DNA of 63,826 bases, filler included, from Bradymonadales bacterium (GTDB lineage: Bacteria > Bdellovibrionota > UBA2394): the NCBI GenBank assembly GCA_007693605.1. It is 6 parts of 5 records of this genome, joined end to end, with 100 filler letters (N's around TTAATTAATTAA, not from the genome) between each part and the next. Parts side by side here need not be neighbours in the genome. Positions count along the whole stretch, not along the records: positions 1 to 2,042 come from REDG01000045.1; positions 2,143 to 23,371 come from REDG01000045.1; 4 more parts are not named here. One strand, written 5' to 3'. Below are positions 1 through 7,147 of the stretch, in pieces (positions within the stretch are counted from its first letter, which is position 1; the number at the start of each line of letters is the position of its first letter). The position numbers and the translations under genes were made by a program. Under the pieces are notes generated by a model. That model ran no database searches. It saw only the letters and a list, made by a program, of their open reading frames with translations, and had not been told where the DNA came from.

Positions 1-47
1 CGCCCTGCTCGCCTTCTCGTTCGCTCGGGTACTCGCTCACCGCAAAT

Positions 48-74
48 CTGGGTTCAAATCCTGGTGGGCACGCA
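48..74 (+). other. tRNA 3'-end-like remnant (T-arm plus acceptor 3' strand), possible att scar
   Basis: CTGGG-TTCAAAT-CCTGG-TGGGCAC-G matches a T-arm and 3' acceptor strand. No D-arm or anticodon arm is recognisable in 1-47. Confidence 0.45.
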
Positions 75-226
75 TTACTCCTCACTCCAAACCAAAAGCT
101 GATCGTAATTGTTCCTTCTTCTAGGAAACTTCCATTTTCGGGACCAACTCCATGCCTAATTCGGGGCCAAGGCTGATTCGAGACCGCTAGCAGTAAGAAC
201 TTGTCTAAATATCTGATATTTTTAGT

Positions 227-261
227 TTTACATGGGGTTGATATAAAACTACTTTGTAGTT
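227..261 (+). promoter_or_regulatory. Putative sigma70 promoter with overlapping operator palindrome for brnTA
   Basis: TTTACA(227-232)-17 nt-TACTTT(250-255). The palindrome AACTAC-ttt-GTAGTT (247-261) lies just before ATG 265, as expected for antitoxin autorepression. Confidence 0.4.
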
Positions 262-264
262 ACA

Positions 265-552
265 ATGAAGTTTGACTGGGACCCTGAAACAGCAAAAGCG
301 AATTTATCAAAACACAAGATCTCATTCGCTCTTGCAACAACAGTGTTCGATGATCCAGTTCACCTCTCTATTCCAGACCCAGATTGGAAGGGTGAGGAAA
401 GATGGGTCTCCATCGGAATGGCTTCGAACACACAAACTCTGGTTGTTGTTCATACGGATCGACGGAGAATCGCAGAGGAAGAAGTCATTCGGATAATTTC
501 AGCTAGAAAAGCCACGCGCAAGGAAAGAAAAGAATATGAGGAAGGAATATAA
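265..552 (+). CDS. brnT: BrnT-family type II toxin (RNase)
   Basis: MKFDWDPETAKANLSKHKISF...EERWVSIG...LVVVHT...IRIISARKATRKE is the BrnT signature. Confidence 0.9.
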   Translation: MKFDWDPETAKANLSKHKISFALATTVFDDPVHLSIPDPDWKGEERWVSIGMASNTQTLVVVHTDRRRIAEEEVIRIISARKATRKERKEYEEGI

Positions 553-745
553 TTTCAAGAACGCCAAAAGGGGAAAGTTTTTCAAGCCTAAGAAGGTTCA
601 AAAGACCTTGCGACTTGATCAGGAGATCATCGATTTCTATAAACGCTTGAGTGAAAAGGAGGGTATTCCCTATCAATCACTTATAAACATGACTTTAAGG
701 AAAGTCGCGGTCGAGGGCGGCGAATTGAAGATCTCGTTGAAGTAG
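536..745 (+). CDS. brnA: BrnA-family (CopG/RHH) antitoxin
   Basis: MRKEYNF...AKRGKF...TLRLDQEIIDFYK...GIPYQSLINMTLR; overlaps the 3' end of brnT. Confidence 0.88.
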   Translation: MRKEYNFKNAKRGKFFKPKKVQKTLRLDQEIIDFYKRLSEKEGIPYQSLINMTLRKVAVEGGELKISLK

Positions 746-928
746 GCCACTTCGACTTTGGATGACTTAAAAATCAAGGAGCAGCCACCAAATATTAGGC
801 TGCATAAATTGAAGGGTGATCGAAAGGAATATTGGAGCGTGACCATCAAGTTACCTTGGTGCATCACATTTAAGTTTAAAAACGGCGAGTTTTCAGAGGT
901 GAGAATCGAAAACTACCATAAAGGATAG
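746..928 (+). pseudogene. higB: C-terminal half of a HigB/RelE-family toxin (N-terminus missing)
   Basis: Manual translation: ATSTLDDLKIKEQPPNIRLHKLKGDRKEYWSVTIKLPWCITFKFKNGEFSEVRIENYHKG*. It sits directly upstream of higA and is absent from the ORF track. Confidence 0.75.
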
Positions 929-956
929 TCGCACAAAAGCTGCGCTGGAGGACCAG

Positions 957-1214
957 ATGATTAAAAATCCAAAACCACTACATCCAGGAACCGTCCTTGA
1001 AGAAATCTATATGCGTGAAATGGCTCTCAATCAAACACAGCTCGCAGATTTATGCGGCTGTTCTCCTCGAAAAATCAATGAGATCGTAAATGGCAAGAGA
1101 GCAATTTCACCAGAATTTGCATTAGTTTTAGAAGATGCGCTTGGAACAACTGCCGAGATGTGGGTGAGGATGCAGGCTGAATACGATCTATGGAAAGCTC
1201 GGAAAGCGGCCTAG
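957..1214 (+). CDS. higA: HigA-family antitoxin (HTH_XRE)
   Basis: PLHPGTVLEE...QTQLA...INEIVNGKRAISPEFAL...GTTAEMWVRMQAEYDLWKA. Confidence 0.92.
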   Translation: MIKNPKPLHPGTVLEEIYMREMALNQTQLADLCGCSPRKINEIVNGKRAISPEFALVLEDALGTTAEMWVRMQAEYDLWKARKAA

Positions 1215-1348
1215 AGTTCCAGAAATGTCTAGTCAGCCCTCAATCCCAGAAGCCGAATCTCAATGATTCAAGCAGCAAGCTTCAAACGAGCGGCTCCAAA
1301 CTCGGCTCTTATGGGGTGAGTCAATGCGTTAAATCATAAATTCTCTGG

Positions 1349-1445
1349 ATGACCCATTAAGCCTGTACAATTGGGTCATAATATGACCCAATAAAGATGG
1401 GTAATCGGGTCAAAATTAGACCTGAATAGGTTGTTGAATGGGTCA
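1349..1445. repeat. Cluster of TGACCC/GGGTCA motifs including a perfect palindrome upstream of fic
   Basis: ATTGGGTCATA-A-TATGACCCAAT at 1370-1392, with extra half-sites near 1350, 1408 and 1440. Confidence 0.6.
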
Positions 1446-2042
1446 AAAACAGTACATCTGGCAAAAGGGCGAATGGCCTCACTTCAAGTGGGACAGCGAA
1501 AACCTCATTCACGAACTCGGCTTGGCTCGAAAAGCTCAGGGGCAAATCATTGCGCAGGCAGATTTCATTGGCCTAGAGGCACAGGCCGACCTCATCGTTG
1601 AAGAGGCCTTAACAACATCGACTATTGAGGGCGAGAAACTAAACAAAGAAAATGTACGATCCTCGGTGGCGAAAAGACTGGGGCTCCCCGCTGCAGGACT
1701 GCCGGAATCTCAGAGACATATCGACGGCCTTGTGCAAATGCTTATGGACGCAACTCAAAATGCAAATGAAGCTCTCACTCAGAAGCGACTCTTTGGTTGG
1801 CATGCAGGACTCTTTCCGACCGGCTATTCAGGTATACATTCCATAGGTGTCGCTAAGTGGCGAACCGCCTCGGAAGCAATGCGGGTAATTTCTCAAAGTG
1901 GAAACAGAGAAATTATTCATTACGAAGCTCCGCCGAGCAAAAAAATTCCTGCTGAAATGAAAAAATTTCTAGAATGGTGGAAGAAGTCACTGGGGGAAGT
2001 CGATGGCTTGATTCGAGCTGGTCTAGCTCACTTTTGGTTTGT
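1438..2042 (+). CDS. fic: Fic-family protein with DUF4172 N-terminus (truncated by contig end)
   Basis: YIWQKGEWPHFKWD...EALTTSTIEGEKL...VRSSVAKRLG...LFGWHAGLFPTG...IRAGLAHFWF; breaks off just before the HPFxDGNGR motif. Confidence 0.85.
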
Positions 2043-2142
2043 NNNNNNNNNNNNNNNNNNNNNNNNNNNNNNNNNNNNNNNNNNNNTTAATTAATTAANN
2101 NNNNNNNNNNNNNNNNNNNNNNNNNNNNNNNNNNNNNNNNNN
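2043..2142. other. Artificial contig spacer
   Basis: N-run/TTAATTAATTAA/N-run; stops in all six frames. Confidence 0.97.
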
Positions 2143-3265
2143 GTTTGTATTTTTTTCGCTCAAAGGCCTTGAAAGAACCCAAAACTCCTTTGTACTTGCC
2201 CTTCCCCTCCCAGATGGCCTTCTTCTCTGCATCGCTCAATTCCATAAAGGCCGTGGTCAGATCAATCTTCTCGGCCTTCAGAAAATCCATCAGCTTCTTT
2301 TTTTCTCTTTGCATGATTTTCTTTGTGAAGGGCTCGATCGCGCCTCGTTCAATGCTCAGCCGAGTTTTGGGAATAATCAAGCTCTGGTCATACACTAAAA
2401 CATTTCCGAAACCTTTGCAGGTCTCGCAAGCGCCTACCGGAGAATTAAATGAAAAAAGAAGCGGACTCTTTTTTGGAGCAACGGCATCACACTGGTTGCA
2501 CTTCGACTCCGATTGAAATCTGAGCATCTTCTGTTTTTCCAGAAGGTAAACAAAGGCCTGCTCAGAGCCTTGCCGAAAGGCGGTCTCTAAGGCTTCGATG
2601 AGGCGGTGCCTTTGATCTCGATCAATCACCAAGCGATCCACCACAATCATCGCCTTCGCTTTGGCCGTCTCATCGATCTGCTCGTCTAATTCGACCAGCT
2701 CCGGATTTTTCTCAGATTCTAGCTTTCGAAGAAAGCCAAGCTCGACAAGGCTCTGATGAGAAGTCTTTTCCTTTAGATAAAAGCCCACAAAAGCTCGAAG
2801 AGAGGAGTCGGCACTCAAAGTCGCCAAGACTTGGTCGGCAGCCGATTGAGGGCTGTCGCTTAAAATCGGGCCGTGACCTTGAGGGCATTCGGCGTCAGCA
2901 ATTTTCTCAAAAAGAACGCGAAGATAGTCATAAATCTCGGTATGAGTGCCAACGGTGGACCGAGAATTCTTTACGGGGTTGATTTGTTGCAAAGCCAAAG
3001 AGGGGCAAATGTTTTCGAGAGAATCAAGGTCGGGTCTGGGAATCTTCTCAAAAAACTGTCGAGCATAGGTGCTCAACGACTCGACAAACCTTCGATGACC
3101 CTCTGCGTACAGGGTGTCGAAGGCCAGGCTGCTCTTGCCACTACCGCTGGGCCCCGTAATACAGACAAATCGTTCGAGCGGAATATTGAGACTGATGTTC
3201 TTAAGGTTGTTTTGTCGGGCAGCGACAATCTTGATGCAAGGCTCCACCCGATAGGTAGAACTCAT
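2143..3265 (-). CDS. uvrA: Excinuclease ABC subunit A, N-terminal part (truncated by contig end)
   Basis: ARQNNLKNISL...GPSGSGKSSLAFDTLYAEG...ESLSTYARQF...RSTVGT...FSFNSPVGACETCKGFG. Confidence 0.92.
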
Positions 3266-3321
3266 CGAAATCTAGCTGTCAACGGCCCTCAAAGGCAGTT
3301 TTCTCTGGCAATTCGGGTATA

Positions 3322-4272
3322 ATGAAGCCTATGGGGGGGCTCGATGTTTTTGCCCAATCGCTGTATCTCTTGATCGGCCTTGCTGCGGTTGGTTTCTTTT
3401 CGTTTCAGCTGGTGAAGCTCATCATGCCAGATCAAGAGCTTTTGGCCGCTCAGGCCCGTTTGGGGGTAGAGAGCGCAAACCGAAACTATCGGCACTGGAG
3501 CTTGCGACTCTTGGCCCCTTTCTTTCGGTCCATGCTGCCCAGAATCCAGCAGTTCAAGATTCCTCTCTACCGACAAAAGAAGAAAAAGCTCTTTGTGGTG
3601 GCCGGGGTAGATGATCAATTTAATCCGGACGAGTTTATTGGCCTGAAATTTTGTGCGTCTGTTTCAGCGCTGCTGATTATCTACATCTTTTTCTTAAATG
3701 CAGGCTGGGTGTTTGACCTGTCGTGGGTCGGACTGAGTCTTGTTTTGGGATTTTTCTTGCCGGACTATGTGGTTTGGGAGCTAAAGAGGAAGAGACAGCG
3801 CGCCATTATTCGAGAGCTTCCGAATGTCATGGACTTGTTGACCTTATCGGTGGAGGCGGGAATGGACTTCATGGCCGCCATCTCTCGCGTCATCGAGTTT
3901 TCAAAGCCCGGGCCTCTGAGAGAAGAGCTGAGCGTGGTTTTAAAAGAGATTCAGGTGGGGAGCACCAGGGCAGAGGCTCTTCGAAGCATGGCCGATCGGG
4001 TTGAACTTTCTCAGATTTCTTCGTTTGCTTCGATTTTGATTCAGGCAGACGAGATGGGTAGCAGTATTGGCCCGGTGCTTCGAGCCCAGAGCGATCTTCT
4101 TCGAAACGATCGATTTCAAAGGGCTGAAAGAGAGGGCGCCAAGGCAGCTCAGAAAATTCTGATTCCCTTGATTCTGTGTATCTTGCCTGCGGTCTTTATT
4201 GTGATTATGGGTCCGGTGATTTGTGATGTGTATTACAATCAACCTTGGCTTCGAGAGTTCTTCGGAGGCTAA
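3322..4272 (+). CDS. tadC: Tad pilus inner-membrane platform protein TadC (T2SS F domain)
   Basis: IIRELPNVMDLLTLSVEAGMDF...LIQADEMGSSIGPVLRAQS...AEREGAKAAQKILIPLILCILPAVFIVIMGP. Confidence 0.9.
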   Translation: MKPMGGLDVFAQSLYLLIGLAAVGFFSFQLVKLIMPDQELLAAQARLGVESANRNYRHWSLRLLAPFFRSMLPRIQQFKIPLYRQKKKKLFVVAGVDDQFNPDEFIGLKFCASVSALLIIYIFFLNAGWVFDLSWVGLSLVLGFFLPDYVVWELKRKRQRAIIRELPNVMDLLTLSVEAGMDFMAAISRVIEFSKPGPLREELSVVLKEIQVGSTRAEALRSMADRVELSQISSFASILIQADEMGSSIGPVLRAQSDLLRNDRFQRAEREGAKAAQKILIPLILCILPAVFIVIMGPVICDVYYNQPWLREFFGG

Positions 4273-4275
4273 GTC

Positions 4276-4641
4276 GTGTTGCAGGCGGACCATCAACAAA
4301 TTTTGGCCGGTCGAGTCGAGGTCTACTCTCGGCCCAAAGACCGACGCCAAGGGCTTTTGAAATTCAAGACGCCGCCGACGGACTTTGCCGCCATTTTTGT
4401 TTTGCCCTTATGGGGCTTCTTCCCGGCAGTGCACACCTTTGGAATGAAATATCCGATTCACATCTTGTATTGCGATTCAGATCGTAAGGTCAGAGAGCTC
4501 CGAGAATCCGTTGCTCCGAATCGCTTCATTTTACCTTGGAGAAAATTCTTTGGAGGCTATCGCTATCTGATTGAGTTGGTTGAGCCGAAGTGTTTGCCAG
4601 AGCTTGGGAGTGAACTCTCTTGGAAAGAGAGCGCAGAATGA
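4276..4641 (+). CDS. DUF192-family protein
   Basis: RRQGLL...VHTFGMKYPIHILYCD...YLIEL fits DUF192, a family often found next to tadC. Confidence 0.7.
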   Translation: MLQADHQQILAGRVEVYSRPKDRRQGLLKFKTPPTDFAAIFVLPLWGFFPAVHTFGMKYPIHILYCDSDRKVRELRESVAPNRFILPWRKFFGGYRYLIELVEPKCLPELGSELSWKESAE

Positions 4642-6167
4642 AGATTTTGTTTGTCAAAGGTCCAGAAGCTTTTGAGCCCATTGAACTAGATGAGTCGAAA
4701 GTCTATTGCATCGGGCGAGAGCCAGAGAAAGGCCAGGAGAATATCGCCATGAATTCTCCCGCACTTTCTCGAAATCACTTTCTGTTGAGCTGCAATGGCG
4801 GTGACTGGTGGATTGAGGACCTCAAGAGCTTCAACGGCATTCGAGTGAATCGAAAAAAGATTCTTCGGGCAAGATTATCGGAAGGCGATCAAATTGAAGC
4901 CGGAGAGTATCAGTTTCAATTTGGAGAAAATTCTCCAGAAGAGCCTGAGATTGAGACCGCCAATGAAACTTATGCCAAGCCAAAGGAGCTTACCGCCACA
5001 AGAAAAAAATACGAGCGAGCTCCAGTGCAAGAAGCAGCAGGAGCCTCGGATGCTGGCTCAGATAAAAAGATAAACAAGCTAAAGCTCTATTGGGCCCAAT
5101 TGGATTTTAAGTGGAAGTCGATGGGAGCGCTGGCTGTCCTAGGGATCTTGCTGCACTCTTTGGTTTGGATTCCCTTCCAGGCAATGGTGGAAAAAGATCT
5201 GCTGCGAGAAGCTTTGGAGGGGGGGCGGCTTTTGACGGAGCAGTTGGGGGACGAGTATCGCGCCTTTGATGAGGGCTCTCAGGCTCTGATAAACTGCGAA
5301 GCCTTTGCTCTTGGAAGCCAAAGCATACTTCAAGCATTTGTAGTGAATCGCCAGAGATCGGTTCTTTGTCCGACCGGTCAGGCAGCACCGATGGATTCGC
5401 TTTTAAGTCAGGCGCAACAATCGGAGCAATTTACAACAAACTGTCACCAACGCCTGGATGCTCTGGCGGGCGAGAGCTGTTGGATGGTGGACCCCATCCA
5501 CAAAAGGGGGGCCAGAACCGAGCTGATTGGTTTCTCGATGATCCATTTTTTCCCAGTGAGGGTGGGTGAAGCCCTTGAGGCCTATGATCGTTACCGCTGG
5601 CAAAGTTTTTTTCTGGTTCTTCTCTTGATGCTGATCTTTGGCTGGCTATGGAATGCGCAGTTAAAGAGACGGCTCGATTGGCTAAGTTCTGAAGTTCATT
5701 TGCTATTTGCCGGCACTCTGCAAAATTTGGAAAAGCTTGAATCTTTTGCGGCCTTCGACAAGCTGATCGACGAAGTGAACCGGATCAATTCTAAGTCAAA
5801 TCAGGTACTTAGCCAACAAGACCCTGGGGGTCACGGGGGGGCAGACTTCTTGCAGTCCTTATTGGAGCAGGTGTTACTGCTTGAAGAAAGGGCCGTGATG
5901 GTTGTGGATCGAGAAAATCAAATACTAGCGGTTTCTCCCTCCCTTCCGGAGCTTATTCCCCTTCAAGAGGGCTATCTCGGATCTCATCTGATGGATGGAA
6001 TTGGAGATACTCACTTACAGGGTGAATTGGTCGGATTTCTGAACGAACTTTCAATGGGTTCAGATGTCTTAGACCAAAACCTTTCTCTGTCTGATCGGGT
6101 TGTCTCAGTACGAGGCATGCCGATCTATCAAGACGGAGAACAGGTTGCGAGCTTGTTGATCTTTTAG
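4638..6167 (+). CDS. FHA-domain membrane protein (FHA, TM, periplasmic domain, TM, HAMP/PAS-like cytoplasmic tail)
   Basis: IGRE...SRNH...DLKSFNG FHA motif and two hydrophobic segments. ATG 4638 overlaps the DUF192 stop (ATGA). Confidence 0.8.
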   Translation: MKILFVKGPEAFEPIELDESKVYCIGREPEKGQENIAMNSPALSRNHFLLSCNGGDWWIEDLKSFNGIRVNRKKILRARLSEGDQIEAGEYQFQFGENSPEEPEIETANETYAKPKELTATRKKYERAPVQEAAGASDAGSDKKINKLKLYWAQLDFKWKSMGALAVLGILLHSLVWIPFQAMVEKDLLREALEGGRLLTEQLGDEYRAFDEGSQALINCEAFALGSQSILQAFVVNRQRSVLCPTGQAAPMDSLLSQAQQSEQFTTNCHQRLDALAGESCWMVDPIHKRGARTELIGFSMIHFFPVRVGEALEAYDRYRWQSFFLVLLLMLIFGWLWNAQLKRRLDWLSSEVHLLFAGTLQNLEKLESFAAFDKLIDEVNRINSKSNQVLSQQDPGGHGGADFLQSLLEQVLLLEERAVMVVDRENQILAVSPSLPELIPLQEGYLGSHLMDGIGDTHLQGELVGFLNELSMGSDVLDQNLSLSDRVVSVRGMPIYQDGEQVASLLIF

Positions 6168-6217
6168 ATCTCTCTTCTTCTTCAGCAGAAATCACCGGAA
6201 GCACAAGGAGAAGTGAG

Positions 6218-7147
6218 ATGACAGGTCCCTCTCGAAAATCGCTAACGGATTCTCTTTTTGAGACGAATTATCAGAGCAAGGTCGCGGCCGAACTTTGGCT
6301 GAACATTGGCGGCAAAGAGTATCGTCTTGTCGGCAAGAAGATAAAAATTGGACGAGCCGTCGACAACGACATTGTGCTTGAGCACAAGAGCTGTTCTCGC
6401 TATCACGCCATGATTCGAGTCGAGAACAATCGAGTCATTCTGGAGGATTTAAAGAGCCGAAACGGCGTCAGAGTGAACGGCACGCCGATTGTTCGGGTAG
6501 AGCTTCAAGAAAACGCTGAGATTCAAGTGGGCGACTTGCCCGGGCTCTTTTATCAAAGACAGAAGGCCACTCAAAAGACCAATCGAGAGGTCACGGCAGC
6601 AGGAATTCTTTCGCCCGACATATCAGTCGCGGCCGGTCAACTTGAGAGACTGGGTCTTTCGGAACGATTTCAGGCTCTTCCAAAAGCCCTTCGTCTGTCG
6701 TTGATTGCACTCGTTCCTCTTTTCATGTTTGGAGTTTTGATTCTCTCTCAGAACAATTCATCGATGGGAACCCAGGCTGTAGAGTCATCCACCCCTCTCT
6801 TTTCTCTCACAGAATCCGATATTATACAGGCCGTTGTGCCCAGAACGGAGTTCGAGAACTGTCGAGTGGAAGAGGACCTCGGAAACTTCCGTCGCGCACG
6901 ATCTTGTTTGGAGGCCCTGCCTTTGACGGAAGAAGTGTTTATGACGCTTCGACGAGTGATCGAGCGGCAGCACAATCTTTCCATGCAGAGATACAAAGAA
7001 GGCGAGATGGCTCTGAAAAACAAATACTATGATTTGGCCATTCTGAAGCTTCAAGAAGTTCTCTTGATTGCCGATGAAAGCTCAGAGTTTCTGAGTAAGA
7101 TTCCCCGAATGATTGAAGAGGCGAAAGAAGGAAAGCGACTGCTGTGA
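6218..7147 (+). CDS. FHA-domain protein with one TM and a TPR-like C-terminus
   Basis: KIGRAVDND...SCSRYHA...DLKSRNGV; TM LSLIALVPLFMFGVLIL; C-terminal RYKEGEMALKNKYYDLAILKLQEVL. RBS AAGGAG. Confidence 0.82.
   Translation: MTGPSRKSLTDSLFETNYQSKVAAELWLNIGGKEYRLVGKKIKIGRAVDNDIVLEHKSCSRYHAMIRVENNRVILEDLKSRNGVRVNGTPIVRVELQENAEIQVGDLPGLFYQRQKATQKTNREVTAAGILSPDISVAAGQLERLGLSERFQALPKALRLSLIALVPLFMFGVLILSQNNSSMGTQAVESSTPLFSLTESDIIQAVVPRTEFENCRVEEDLGNFRRARSCLEALPLTEEVFMTLRRVIERQHNLSMQRYKEGEMALKNKYYDLAILKLQEVLLIADESSEFLSKIPRMIEEAKEGKRLL

Noticed and set aside
2043..2142. Repeated TTAATTAATTAA palindrome within N-runs (five occurrences)
   Set aside because: These are identical 100-bp six-frame-stop linkers added when contigs were joined. 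The X-containing ends of the fic and uvrA ORFs are artefacts.
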